Positions 12,976 through 27,140 of a DNA stretch of 64,000 nt are shown in pieces. Location: NCBI GenBank assembly GCA_013239625.1, contig MU054323.1, positions 5,383,220 to 5,447,219 on the forward strand, in the 5' to 3' direction. The notes beneath the pieces are model-generated. The model saw only the letters and a program-made list of their open reading frames with translations, did not search any database and was not told where the DNA came from. Source of the stretch: Lama guanicoe (lineage: Eukaryota). The stretch's first letter is position 1, and each line of letters starts with the position of its first letter. The translations under genes were made by a program, and so were the position numbers.

Positions 12976-14119
12976 TGGGGAAGTTTTACTGATGTCAAAC
13001 CTTGTGGCATCTAGAGTCCCCAGTCCAAGACCTCTCTCTGTTCAGTTCAGTTTGCTCAGGACCCAAAAGTCTACCTCTTGATGTCTTTCAGGCAATAACT
13101 CCCATGCACATAATCAACTCTGACCACAGCTTTCCTGCATTACCAACAGCCGATTTTTTAATAGATCTAAAATTACAAACCCTCCTCCAAAAGGCAATAT
13201 AACATACCCTTCCCCAAGGCATCAAAGTCTCTAGTCTTAAAATTGGCACTATCTGTTTGGAAACCAGTCTTATTTAGGGTCTTCCAATAAAATTCTATGG
13301 AAAGTATATGCCCCCAGCCAATGACTATAGGAATCTAAGATGGAGAAAGGAGTCCCTCATCTCAGGTAGCAAGAGGAAATCAAGCATCAGGAGAGTTCTG
13401 GTGAGAATGCAAAGACATGCCTTAATTGTTCAGCACAGAACCATCTGACATCACCGTCATTATTTTCATTGCCACCAGTTTCTCTTTTTTAAGGAGAACC
13501 CAGCACTTCAAGAAATATCGGATGTTTCTTCTCGATTTGAGACATTCAAAGGCTGATTGGAAGTGTGCAGGAAGAAATAAGGATAAGCACACTGCATCAC
13601 AGACTCCCAAGATTTGATTTCCAGCCCCCAACTTAACACTGATAAGTGCTACGAACTTGGGATAGTTTCAAGCCTTCTTGAAACTAGGTCATCTCTGCAG
13701 AGTGGGTGTTTAATGAAGTTCCCATAAGACAATGGATATTCAAATGCTTAGAAAGGCAAAAGCAGAATGTTAGCTCCAAACTTGGAGCCTTCTATTCAAC
13801 CTAATAAACATTCTTTGAGTACTAGCCAACTGTTACTGAAAACATGACTTCCCTAGCTTGCCAAGAAACCCAGTTACAGAGGCAGAGCTTCAGGACTTAG
13901 GACACACGTTTGTCTAAAGTCACATAGAAAAGGCTGCCTGTTTGACAGCCTCCTAGGCATTGCTTTGGCCATGGTGACCATATACGGTAACCTACTCCAT
14001 GTAGTTTACAGGTGTGTGTGGTATGAGGCTGTTGGATAAAGAGGTGAGGATGAAGAATGGGTTTCTCTTCAGGGCAAAGCCAGGTCAGAGCCTCTCCTCC
14101 GAGCCATGAAAGTTCATTA

Positions 14120-14260
14120 CCATGCACATAGTATGGGCCTTGTCCTTAGACTATCATGGGTCCCAGTTCCATTCTTGCTTTTGCTCAGTTGCCTCATTAC
14201 TGGTGTGTCACTACCCCTCTCTAAGCTTCAGTTTCCTCATCTGTAACACGGGAATATTTC
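14120..14260 (+). mobile_element. MIR SINE
   Basis: ctctctaagcttcagtttcctcatctgtaacacgggaata, the MIR core. Confidence 0.75.
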
Positions 14261-17200
14261 TTTTTCCTTTATTTTCTGTCACTAATAAAATGAACATCGG
14301 GACTTTCCAAGAGACAATCTCCTAAGGACGGTTTCCTGAAGCAATTCCCAAAGAAGTATATGGAACAGCAGGCTCATTCCTGGCTCCCTGAATCACCAGG
14401 CTTTTAATATTCTTTCCTGAAACTGCTGCTAAGATTACACTGGCTTCAGGAAGGCATGGTCCCTGCTATAAAGTCTGGGCCCAACGACAGAGCCAAAATC
14501 TTTCCTTTAATAATTTTTTATTAGATTTGAGGACAGTTAACAAAATTAACAGTATATTTCTTTGCCAAGAATCTCAAATTATGAGAGTGAGAGAGAAGAA
14601 AACAAGCAAAACTCCACAAAGCACATATCCTGAAAATCCACTTACCAGATGCGTTTTCCTTCTGAGACACTTAGAACCTGGGCGCCATCCTATTTATGAG
14701 CAGACAACCACAATCTGAGAGCTCTCTTCCATTTTTCAAAGTCTGAATCTGACAGAACAAAGTGGTGGGGGAGTTTCCACATCCTCCACCCCAATCCACC
14801 CAGGGTCCGCCTTCCAAATTCTGGTTTTCCTGGTTAAAACCAGGCTCTTTCACTGACGATGTCCAACCCTTCAAAAGATAGGCAAAACAAAGCTTTAGAA
14901 TATTGCTAATATAATCATCTAACCCAACTTTCAAAAAGGAAGCTCTCACACAATCAGGGAATTACAATTATACTCAAAAAATTGTAGTCACTGCAGTTTT
15001 TTTCTTGTCGTTGCTGTTGTTACAAGTTGGAAGTGTTAACTTCCAGATGAAAACATTTGTGGCGAGGATGTGAGTGGTGACAGATGAGCCACACAGAGTT
15101 GCTTATGGTCTTGGCAACCCCTCCGCAATCCCCTTGGTCACAAGAAGGCTTCTTGATGACACCTAGCCGAAGCCAGGAGGAACAAAGCCTCGTAATACTG
15201 TCAGCGATGTTTATTTGTCATTCAGCATAACATAAGTCATAAGAGATCCAGATCCAACAATTGGTCAGAAGGGGCTCCCGCGGAAGAAATCACGGTCCCA
15301 GCTGCCGACGAGCCTAGTTGGATCCGGTGGCTGTATTTCTCAGGTGCCAGAAAGGAATTTGCTGTTTGCGATGCCTTGATTCAGGGAAGATTATTCATCA
15401 CACAGTGTAGGGAGCCTCCACAACATGTACTGAGTTTAGGAACTGAGATTTGTGGTGGCGACACTAAACTAAAGCAGAAAATATCAAAGTCGGGTCAATA
15501 GTATAGATTTCTGCCTTTTTAACATCGTCTTAATGATCACAAAGAGGGCTGCTCTATTTTGATACCATTTTTTTTGTTGTTACATTCCAGCTGGCGTTTC
15601 ATGTTGACCTCAAAACAATCTATTTAATAGGAGCATCCCCCGAAGTATGGCTAATAATTACGAGGGATGGTGTTCTCACAGGCTGTCTGTTTCCAAAGGA
15701 GATGGAGGGGGTGTGTCAAGACGCGACGGCCTCTCATCTTTCTCAGAAAAACAGCCCATTGATTTTGTCTCAAGTCAAATCAACATAATTCTGCCTCAAA
15801 ATGTTCTTGGAAATGTTTCACAGCCACTCAGGAAAGAGAACAAATGCCTCTTTGTTTCAATTTCCGAAACGCAAGTTCTTGTGCTCAGCCGCCACTGCAC
15901 ACTGAGGGGTGTGAACACAAGACGTTCAGTTGGGTTTTCCATGTAAATGGTTTGGCCTGAAGTAAAATATGGCAGGTTCCTGGGCAGGAAGTCAGAAGTG
16001 TCCGAGGTCAGGGGTCGTCAAGAAGTCATCTGATATCCTCTGGGCTACCTGTAACCAGGAAGTTGGAAGGAATTCCCAATCTATCTCATCTTTCCCCAAG
16101 CCGCTATCCCCACACCTTATAGCAAAATGCTGTTTTCAGAGGACTGGAACCCAAGGGCCACCGCCTCATTGTTTACCACACGCTTAATTACGAAGCTCTC
16201 ACTTTGCTCTGCAATCAGGAAGAGCAAAACATCATTTACAAGAGAAACTACCATGAAAGGTCTGTCCTGAGAAGTGACTGATACATTCCCACAAGAAGAC
16301 TCTCATTCCATGACTGGTGGTTGATAAACACACTTATCTCACTTGCTGTGGTGGAAACGTGCAGCTTACTGGAGTCAGTGAAGTGGCACAAGCCTGGAGT
16401 GGGCTCCCCTAAGGTGCTCGGGGAGGCCAGCAGCATGGTCTTGGTCATGTGGCAGCAGCTGAGCAGAAGCCAAGCCTGCAGGCGGTCCTGCAGCCATCCT
16501 GGGCTCACGAGCACACTCATCGCTCGCTGTCAGGGGGTGCGTGTCCCTGGAGGGGTAACGGTCTCAGCCTCACCCCCGCACATACGCACGCACAGCACTG
16601 TCCATGGAAATACCGAGAAACTTCAGGCCATTTTCCAGATTCAAAGCGTTATCTGTACACCGACGGTCTGGTTATAGGAAAGACAGAGCTTCCATGCCCC
16701 TGCACGTCCGTTTTCAGAGTTGGGAAAGCTCTCCTCTCTGCAAAATTCCTTGGCAAGATCAGGACTTAGCAAAACTAAAACAGGAGATGCCACCTTGTGT
16801 CGCTCCTTCCTCTATGCCTGGGTACCTGGTATTTGCAATAGCAAACAGCAGGCCACACAGCAGGAGGAGTGAGTGATCCACTCAGTTATGCCCCTCCTTT
16901 GTTTTAAACCCTTTAATGACTCCAAATGTCAGGGAAGCTTCTCGGGCTTGAGATTTTCAGCAAAACTGAACACAGCGACCCTACAAACTATAAAAAGGTA
17001 ACAAGCTAACCCACAGGCAGCTGACAATCCATACTGCAACCCCATATGCACTTATCTATGCTAAGATCTTATATTTAGAGGTGAAAAGGAGGGTGGAGGG
17101 AGAAAGACTATCCTAGAGCTCAGCCCAGTATCTCAAACTCTAAAATTTAACATGAGTTTAGCTAATGAAATAATTTGGCCGTCAACTCCCCATTGGCTTC

Positions 17201-19439
17201 CACAGACATCATATCCAGTATGATCTCAATCATTCCATAAACATTTATTAGGCACATGGTAATCAATCCTAAATAAAACAAAGATTCTTCCTCCACCAGT
17301 CAGGATTTTTGCTTAGCAACAACGGAAATGATGACTTCTTAGAAGAGTACTAGGTAGTTTGTAACCTCAACATGTAAGTGAAGAATCAGCCTCAGAAAAT
17401 GGGCAGGAACCAGACCCAGAGGCAAGATCACAGTACAGGAGTGATCTGGATGGGACACTGCTGACATCGCCCTTGGACACTGGAGGCCACTGCTGAACCA
17501 GAGCAACGACCCCACCAGACGACGGCTCCTGTCATCCCCACGGCTGGAACGAATTCTCAACAGCCCCTGGTGAGAAACACCAGTGTTCCAAATGAAAGTT
17601 CTACGTAGGATCATGCGATCAGCTAATTTACATCGTGTGCCCATGCCCCAGTGCTGGGAGCCAGAGAGGACGGTTTTCCAGACCTTTTGGTTTCTGTAGT
17701 CAGCAGCAGGGCCCCTCGTTGTAACGGACATGATGACATATTCTACCAGAGGAAGAGTGTTAAGATTTCCGACGGTCAAGAAAATAAGAAAAAGAGAAAC
17801 GTGTAACAAAAGCTTCAGTATGGAGTAGGAAGCGGGAATGGAAACCTGACTATATATAAATGCACATAACTATGACACCAGGAAAGTAGGATAGATGCCG
17901 CAGGGGAGGTGCTCGGGACAGATCTTGGCACCTCAAGAAAGAAAATACTACTTTGCCTGCAGGCTAAGAAAAACTGCATATTGAAATAATTTTTAGCTGA
18001 ACCTTGAATGAAAGATGGGATTTTAAAAAGGTTTAAAAAGATATTCCAGGGAAGAAAGACCTCCCTGTAATACTAGAAGACCTTCTCAGGCATAAAATGA
18101 AACTTTGTTGGGTAGCGGTTTGCATGAGCAGACAGATGCTTTGTGAACCTGAGAGCTTCTGCCAACTTAACTTTTTCAATAAATCAGGGGTCTTTCCAAA
18201 ACAGAACAAATTCACATGACACTCAGGGAAAGTGATATTCATCACCAGGGCAAACAGAGAACAGGAAAAGTTATACCTCATCGGGTTCATCTGAACTGCT
18301 TTCATATCACAAATACGAAGTGAATCCAGAGGGAATGGCTATTTGCTTTTGTAGCCTCTTTGCTTTCGTAACCCACCAGGCACTAGCTTTGGCACCATGG
18401 GTCACACTAGCTGCAAACACAGATGGAACCAAACAGAAAAATGTTGACTCATGGCTGAGCTTGGTTTCTAGGATCTTGAGCAGGTTGAGAAACTGCACAC
18501 AATGAACTGAGCTGAAGTAAGTAATCAGTTTCACTAGGGCTGAAGGGGGATCTATTAAAGAGCTTTCCTGTGAGTGAGGGAAGGTAACTCTTTCCATAAC
18601 GTGCCCAAGTACTTAGCATGGCCGTCGACGCTGGCATCGAATTGATTTGCTTTCATCACGTCTCTGTCCATAATCACTGCTGGAAATTTACTTGAGAGAA
18701 AGGAAGTAAACATTCAAAGTCAAGACCAGGAGTTTTTCTTACATAGAAATGTTAAGAATGACCATGCCCTTGTCCAAAAGAGGGTGAACTAAATGGAAAG
18801 GAGTCTGAAGCACCAGGTCTGGGAGGACTATGAGAGACAGAGGAAGGGCCAGAATGCAAGGGCCAGAGAAGATATGGCTCGAGGGGAATCACGGGCTTCT
18901 TTTCAAATAGCTGATGGATTATAAAATAAATTTGACAAAAATTAAAATAATCCAGTAATGGATTCAGCTGTAAATAAGAAGAATGGGACCATTCAAGCAG
19001 AATTTGGATAATGACCTGTTGTTACGGTGATGACTGCTTAAGTCCTTCAAATTTCAAAGCAGAAGTGACCAGATGGAATGGCTGCGTGCTGATTTGTCTA
19101 AATCTTTTAGAGGTCAGTGTAAGAACATTTCTATAAGCAATTTGAAAAAAAAAACTACTTATTGACTAAAAGAGTAGATGATTCCTGTATAAAGATCAGA
19201 TTAAAAGGGCAGAATCTTGAGTTTCTTTAACACTGATGAGGTGATAGTTGCCAAAGTCTTCACAAGGACCTAAAAGATCCCACACTGTTGGGAGTCATCT
19301 AACGATTCCTGGAGAGCAAAATAAAGTCATTTCTATAAACAATTTCTGAAAAAAAATTCTTTGAATAAATAATTCTTCCAGGAATATCAGATAAAAATAA
19401 ATCAAGATCTTGGGCTCCCTGGCAGATGAGTAAGTGACA

Positions 19440-19960
19440 CTAACCTGTGCCCCCTCCTATTCTCTCTCATCTCTTCTACTACTGCACCCCCTCACCCCCT
19501 GCCCCGTCACTCTACTGCAGTCCACTGGCCTCTTCAGATGTGCAGGTACGAGCTAGCCTCAGAGCTTCTGTATTGGATGTTTCTTTGGACTGGAATTTTT
19601 CCCTCAGAGAAGAATCCCTTTTCTCCTAATCTCACCTTCTTGGGATGGCTTTCTCTGATCACTCTTAAGTCTTCCTACCATAACACATGCAAAACACACA
19701 CACCCCTCGCATCCTTGTGTGTATGCATGTACATATACAGCAGGACCAATCTCCTTACCCTGCTGTTTAGTTAACATGGCACTTCCCACCTTTTAAAATT
19801 CCTGCTTCCTAACTACATTCACTATCTCTCTTCCCATTTTAGAATATACACTCCAAAAAGTTAGGAGTTTGTCTGGTTTATCCATTAATGAAATCTTAAC
19901 ATCTGAAACAGTACTTTGGATGTAGTACCCTTCAACAAATAATCATGGAGTAAACTGAAG
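19440..19960 (+). mobile_element. L2 3' fragment
   Basis: Pyrimidine-rich L2 body and degenerate tail (aacagtactttggatgtagtacccttcaacaaata). Confidence 0.6.
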
Positions 19961-19989
19961 AATACAGATTTGACCATAACATAACTAAG

Positions 19990-22260
19990 TTAGATGTGAT
20001 ATCAGCAAGATAACTCTAAAATATACTCATGGTAACTCATGCATTAAAAAAATTATTCTTAAAAATAAAAATTAGAAGTTAAAAGTTGAAGGAAATTACT
20101 TATGAAACACAAAAGGAAAAGCTAATACAGTATTTAGAGAGAAATGTGTATCTTTACATTCGAAAACAGAAGAGGCTGAAAATTGATGATCTAAATGTTC
20201 ATCTCAAGAAGGAAGATCAACATACTAAAATAAAGTCAAATATGAGAAAAAAGTAATAGTAATAAAATTAATAAAAATAGAAGTTGAATATAAAAAGAGA
20301 GTTTTAGCAATATCAAAATTGGTTCTTTGAAAACATTAAAAATATTTTTTTAAAGAAAAAAGAAAAGTCCTTGTTAAAAGTGATCAGGAAATCAAGGGAG
20401 AAGATACTGAAAAACAATACTCACTGGGGAACACAGAATTCAATATGAAAGACAAAAAGAGAAAACCAACTAAAACTTCATTCTAAAAAGCAAAAGTTAG
20501 ACAAAATAAATATTTCCTTGAAAATACCATAAGAAATAGGAGCTGAAAAGAAAAAAAAAGAACAACATAGACCAAAATTAAAAGATGAAGTATAAGGAGA
20601 TATGGGTGAGGAAAGGAAATATAAATAAAACCAAAACAAAAAAGCAGAATTAAAATTCGTACAGAAGGCCATAGACAGCAGATCTGATTTTGTGAAAAAT
20701 CAAATCAGACACTGAGAACAACCTGAGAAGTTGGGGAAAAACAAAAAGGAGATGGAAAATAATGAAGGAAATAGTAAAAGTACAGATTCAATCTAATAAA
20801 ACACACATTCTAACTCAAAAAAAATTTTGTAACAAAGCCATAATCAAGGCAATTTTTTTAAGTCTTGATATGAAACAGATACATGATATGTATTGATTCA
20901 CAGGCTCAGACTAAATTCTGAGCAAAAATCAATGAAAGGAAGAAGCTGCATCTAGCAACCTGCTGAAAATTACCTTGAACTGTCAGCTAAAAACACAATG
21001 ACTAAAATTTTAAGCAAATACACAGGGAAAGATGTGTTACTCACAAAGGGTCAGGAATCTGCTGATCTCTTGCATCCTTTTTTATGCTACTTCAAAAATA
21101 CAAAGCACCTAAAGTTTTGAGGAAAATATACTGAAGCCTAATGATTACATTCATAACTCAGTTGTTTTTCTTGTCTTAAAGCAACAGAGACGGAGTTAAA
21201 TATTCAAGAGCTTCGAATATACAACACTGACCTACCTACTCTCTTCGAAATAATTATTTAAGGATATACAAAGTGACGCAAGGGAAAATCAAAATTAATA
21301 AACCTCAATTATGAAAGTTATGATATAAAGAAATGGCAGCCTTTCACTGTTCAGTTGGACCTCTAATCCAGAATCAGTTTATTTATGTGCTGGAATGTAA
21401 ATTAGGCAACCCAGTTACAAAACTGAGCCTGCTTCCCACAGCCACTCCTCAACAGAATTCTTTCTGCTCCCAGACCCAGGCCGTTCTCTGGAGATACAGC
21501 CTTCTTCCTACTGTCGTGCGGGAATCTGTCTGAAGAAACAACAACGACTTCACTGTGACAAAGACCACTAACAACAGTGAACAGTACTTATGTTTTTCAT
21601 TTCCTACCAAGAAAATTATGAAAGTCTTTCTCTTCCACTCACAAAAGCAGAGAAGCAACTGTAATTATCAAGATAACTGAAAAACTGATTTTTATAATTT
21701 AAACTCCAGTTTAATAGTTAAAGTACGTTTTTTAACATTAGGACAGATCAATGAAAACTAACCAGTGGTCAACTGTATACCAAGTTTCTCTTCATTTCCC
21801 CTTTGTTCTATGAATTGTAAGTGATTTGTATTCACTTTACTTTAAAATCACCATGTACTTTACTATCTACTTTATACTACATGAAGTAGAAGCTACATGA
21901 AACTCCAAAGAAAGATTTTAAGTGAATATAACAAAATTTTCCAAGCTTTTCTTTGAGTAAGAACTTTTGATTTTGTTGTTCTTTGTATTTTCTCTGCATT
22001 CCAAATTTTCTACATTTCTTTTTATAGAAGAAATATTAATGTTTTAAAATACCACCTGGAGACTAAAATTATGTGAATAAAAATTACGTTTTTTACAACT
22101 CACCAAAATGTTCACAGTGGTTCTCTAGTGGCATTGTGGTTAGGGATGAACATTTTTCTTCCCTCAAGATTTCTGTAGTCTCTAAATTTCTGTGAGTAAT
22201 GTGTTTTCACAGTATTTATTTATTTTCATAAAATGTAATTAATTTAATATTTATTTCATA
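19990..22260 (+). mobile_element. Ancient L1 (L1ME/HAL1-like) fragments
   Basis: A-rich plus strand; gaggctgaaaattgatgatctaaatgttcatctcaagaag and ttggttctttgaaaacatt are L1 ORF2-like; L1ME-like 3' ends at ~21900-22260. Confidence 0.65.
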
Positions 22261-22280
22261 ACAAAAGATTAATTCTTCCT

Positions 22281-22770
22281 ATGTTAGGAAGGGTCCCTGA
22301 AGGAAATAAAGGACACTCTCAAAAAGGTTTATCTGAAAGAGCCTAGTGAAGGCATTATTTAATGAGGTCTGGGCAAAGTTAGGAACTAAAAAGGAATGGT
22401 GAGACACCCAGGGATGGGCAACAGAAAAACGCTGTTCACACTAGTGATCCTGAAGGAGTAGGAAAGGAAACAGTGCTTCTAAAACCCAGGGAGAGCGGAA
22501 ACTATGCAGTAAGGACAACCTGACGTGCTGCGGCTAGAAAAAAGTCATTGCCAGTGTGTGATAGGCAGATAGGTAAGACCCTGACTTTCCATTCTCTTGC
22601 CGTTTGAGATCCTGCCTGTATTTCCCATCATTTGAACCCAAACAGCAATAGGCAAGAGAGTCTACAAGATGTAGAACATGAAGTCAGGCTTCTGGAGCAC
22701 AGAGCAGGACACAGGTGGATAACGGACCTGGGGTGGGCAGGTGGGCAGAGGGACAACCACCACCAGCACA
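22281..22770 (-). mobile_element. LTR33-like ERVL solo LTR
   Basis: Ends gcacagagcagg...ccagcaca, the reverse of the LTR33 start; TG...CA boundaries. Confidence 0.7.
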
Positions 22771-22924
22771 GCCCTTTGTGTGTGCAACAGCCCCACTGAG
22801 ACCATCCGTGTACCCTTCACCTCGTTCTCAGACCACGAACCCAGCAAGCAAATTATCTTCTGGGCTCTAGTCTCCTTCATCTCTAATCCCCCCTGCATAT
22901 GACTATTCTCTGCTATTCAAATAA

Positions 22925-23850
22925 ACTGCAGTATAATAATCTAGAGCCAAGATGATGGTTTGGACCAGAATGGCAGGAGTGACATGGGTGAGAAGTGACC
23001 CAGTTCTGGATGTATTTCACAAGTCACGTCAATAGGATTTGCTAATGGTGAGATGAGAACTACAAAACAGGGATGAGTCAAGGATGCCAACAAGCTCCAT
23101 GGCCTCAGAGACAGGAAAAATAGTCTTGGCCCTCACTTAGAGGAAGAAAACTTTAAGGGGAGCCAGACTTTGGAAAAAGATTAGGAGCTCAGTCTTGAAC
23201 ATATTAAGTTTGAGATTTCTATTAAACATCCAAGTGGAAATATTGAGTAGTCAGTTGGATATTTACATATATAAATATGGAGTGGAACTCAGGGAGGTCT
23301 GTGCTTGGAGTATAAATTTGGAAGTCACATTTTGTACTTGGTGTGTGAAACCATGTAATTGAATAAGGTCATGAAGAAATAAGTAAACGAGTGCTAAGCC
23401 CTGCAAAACTCCAACATAAAGAAGTCAGGGAGACAAGAAGGAACCAACACTGAAGACTGCGAAGGAGTGGCCTGTGACTGGAGGAAAACTGGGAGTATGT
23501 GTTTTACCCAGAATCCAGTTTAAGAAAGGAATTATTCAGTAACCAGGAGGAAAAGGTAAACAACTGTTTCAGATGTTGCTGAAGTCCAAAAGGTGAGAGC
23601 TAGGGAGTAATTTTTGGATTTATTCAGCAGAGGCTCTTGGTGATCTTGTCAAGATCAATTTTTATTGGATTGGCAAAGGTAGACTCAGAACAGGAAGAGA
23701 AAAAATGGGGACAGTGTATATCATAGACAGTTCTTTTAAGCAGATCTGCTTTCAAAGGCCGTTGATGTGGAAAGCAGGTGTTAAGACTTGTATGTTTATT
23801 TGTTTTAAAGATGGAAAAAATAGCGGATGTTGGTATATGGCTGGAAAATA
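22925..23850 (-). mobile_element. L2 LINE fragment
   Basis: ggagctcagtcttgaacatattaagtttgagatttctattaaacatccaagtggaaatattgagtagtcagttggata is the typical reverse L2 core. Confidence 0.85.
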
Positions 23851-24118
23851 CCCCTTTCTCTTGAGTGAGGTTTTTCTCAGGGTATCAGAATATCTGACAG
23901 TATTTCCTGGAAAAAAAAATATATCCATATTTATTCATAAATTCCCTTAAGAGTTTGAGAGCTTGTCTCTAAGGAGCTGATTTTAATCTCTGCCATCTCC
24001 AAATTAGACAGCCTCAGAGAGTGGAGAGATAAATAACACCTCTGATGTCTCACAGCATCGGCTGATGTCGGCCAGCACTGACAGCTCCTAGTAATTGAAG
24101 AACCCGTGATTGACTTAC

Positions 24119-24360
24119 TTCTGCCTCATGCGCACTCCGTTTCTGAAACGTGAGGGACTCCCGGAGTGAAGGAGACTGTGCAGCAAGAGATGGGAGCGGA
24201 AGCCGAACATGACTTCCAGACAATTCCTCCTTCAATGTCAAGCTCGCTGCATTCTGGTGCTTTTGATTCAATCACTTTCTCGCTTCCCATTCACATCTCC
24301 ACTTCAGGCAGTGAGGGAAAGAGGAAAGGGAGCAAAAGAGGAGGTGTCGCAAGTCGCGGG
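24119..24360 (-). other. Candidate alternative first exon of an unidentified minus-strand gene
   Basis: Donor AA|GTAAGT (intron begins 24118); ATG at 24210 gives MFGFRSHLLLHSLLHSGSPSRFRNGVRMRQ plus 2 nt; unique sequence, locally CpG-rich (~14 CpG in ~310 bp by hand count). 5' boundary unknown. Confidence 0.45.
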
Positions 24361-27009
24361 CAGCATTGGTTTTTGTTTGTTTTTCTGGATTTTTTCAGCA
24401 CTGTCCTGGGGAACTGGGGGAAGAAAATCTTTCACACATCACCTCAGACCCCATCTCCCTGTTCTGGGCTGTGCTTCCCCTTCCTGACACTCCTCTCTCT
24501 AAATAGATTCTTTCCATTTCTACACGGCTACAGTTCCTGGCAAAACACACACTGAATAGGGGTGAAATTGCGAGGAAGACATGGAGCTCAGTTTGGACAA
24601 TGATTAAACTCAGATGTAATAACCAAGGAACCATGTAAGCCACGGGCAGGGAAACGAGGAGTTGATTAGTATGGTCCCAGGGTTAACAACTAGGGAAAAT
24701 GAGAAAAATGATTAACAACAAGAAATCATTGAGCAGTGCCTTTCCCTGCTGGGTCCTGGCGGCCAAGTAGCCCAGGAGTCTTCCCGGATTCCACTTTCCT
24801 CTGCTCTCTGCGTTCTGTCTGCCTCCAACCACTGTGGCCGACAACCTCTGGCTCTTCTTGAAACAGGTTTCGTGGGTATTTCTGTAGTCTTAGGGCAAGC
24901 TCAGGGCCTCTGAGCCTTCTAGTTTAATGCCTGTCTTTGCCTGGTGGCTGACTCTCACTTTTCAGAGGGCCCCCATGAAAGAAGTTTTTGTGCTGTGGCA
25001 AGAATGGCTATTTACTCTATTTCCAGTGCTTCCAAAATCAGAGTCCTGGCCTTAAGCTTTTGGATTTCCTATCAGTCCTTGTCCCTGTCACCAAGCTCCC
25101 CTTCAGAGTCCTCATCAGGTCATACTGTCTCTCCTAACCCACTCCTTGGCCCTACCCTTGCACCCACCTCCTCTCTCCTGGGGCTCCCACTTCACAGCCG
25201 ACTGTCTTGACCTGTGCTGTATATTGTATTCTTAGAGATCAAGTGCTTTCTCAACTCCCGTTTGTATGATTCTGCGATAACCTGTTAATAACTCCATACA
25301 TGCTGTACACACTAAGGAGACATCAGGCACCTCAGGAAAAAAAATAATCCATATGGTCCATCATTACGGGAAATTGATGGGTGGCACACATCAGACGTGG
25401 CTTACCCAGGCAGCAGTGTGTCTCTGTAAACCTTGGCTCATCCGCATGCTGGGCTAAGGAGCGCAGTCCTTAGCAACGAAACCTTAATCCCCCTGCATAC
25501 CAACAAAATAGCACTTGCCTCAGCTCAGTGAGAAAATTCATAATGCGAATGTCTGAAGGGGAATGAGCTGACGTGGTTTATATGGTCTGTTTTATCAAAC
25601 ACCCACTCCTGTGACTGCATTCTCAGCAACTTTACGACATGGAGTAGGAGCCCTCCCCAGCCTGTCTCCTGACTCCCTCCCCAGCCTCACTCATGAGAGC
25701 TCCTCCACACGCTCCCCACCCTCAAACCAGCTCCTGGGTTCTACCGTCCTTCTTCTAAACTGATCATACAGTTCTCTTTGCCTTGTTTTCCCTGAGACCC
25801 CTTTCTCACTTGATAAACGACTATGCAACTTTCAAGATTCAACTCAGATGTCACTTCTTCAGTGAAGCCTTTCTGACTGCACATCTCCTAGCAAAGTGCC
25901 AAGTATCCACAGCAGGCACTCAGTGTAGACCTGTGGATCAAATGACTGTATTTTAGAATCTGTTCCATTGATTTTCTTTTTAGACCTCTAAGCCATAAGG
26001 TTGGTTTTTTTTTTTGATTTATCCAAAGCCAACCCCCAAATTTAAAGTTTCAAACTAAACACATAGCAACAGATTCAACAAGTGTTTTTTTGGAGGTGTA
26101 GGAACTGCTCAGTCCCATCACTGTGTACATTGATCTGGGTATTGGAACAAAAATCCAAATATTAACCTGTGTTCTGACATTACTATTTAGGGTATATTTC
26201 AAATTGTGCAATAGCTATATTTCTAAAATATTAAATCATATTTTAAATGACTAAGACTACTAGTTTGAGAGTCAAAGGAAAACACTTTTGTAAAATAAAA
26301 CACTTCCTAATATGAGCAGTCATTCTCAAATGTGTCTAGTTTATAAATTTAAATTCTGGCAAATCCACCTTCTCCAAATCAGAATCCACCATCGTAACTG
26401 CTTGTCACTGAAAACAGAAATCTAAGTGTGCAAATTTATAAAAGGCAAGAAAATAGGATAATTTGTAAGAAGATGTAGAACTGCGCAAAATATTCCTAGT
26501 TATTTTCATTTCTTTCCTTAAAAACAAGAAAGCAAAACAAAAATACATGCAATTAAAAAGTATTAAAACCCTCTCATATCATTTATTGCATTCAAGCGCT
26601 ACAAAATCACTACAAATAGGCAACAACTATTTCATAGGTGGAGAAAGTAAAGTCCAGAGAGAGGAAAAGCAAACAATTCCAGGTTATATTGTGTCAAAGC
26701 TAAAACTGAGTCAGGTTTGGGGACCTCCAGTCCTGTGCTCTTTGGAGCTCTTCCATAGAGAAGAAAGCCAAGTCCCACAGTGTAGCTGTAACATTTACAA
26801 CTTGAGTTGATTTCTGAAACCTTCATCAAATGAGCTTTAGTGAGAAGTTTCATCTGTCAGTGGGAGAGAACTGTTTACTCAGGAAACCTTGATAAGAACA
26901 CAATTGTAAGTCATTGTAAATAGGCAGACTTCAGTTTAAAAAAAAAAACTCGTGGAATACACTAAAAGGGATATTTCCCACATAATTATAATCGTTGATG
27001 TAAAAAAAT

Positions 27010-27140
27010 TTGATATATGCCAGAAACCGTATCCTTATTTCAACCTTCATGACAACCTGCACAGCAAGTAATACTATTCATATTTTATAGATGAGAAATT
27101 GAGGCCGAGAGAAGTTACTAAATTTTCCACGTTGACACAC
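27010..27140 (-). mobile_element. MIR SINE
   Basis: attttatagatgagaaattgaggccgagagaagtta, the reverse MIR core. Confidence 0.75.

Noticed and set aside
14640..14720. Minus-strand donor CTG|GTAAGT at ~14645
   Set aside because: No convincing acceptor, start codon or other support; such hexamers are frequent.
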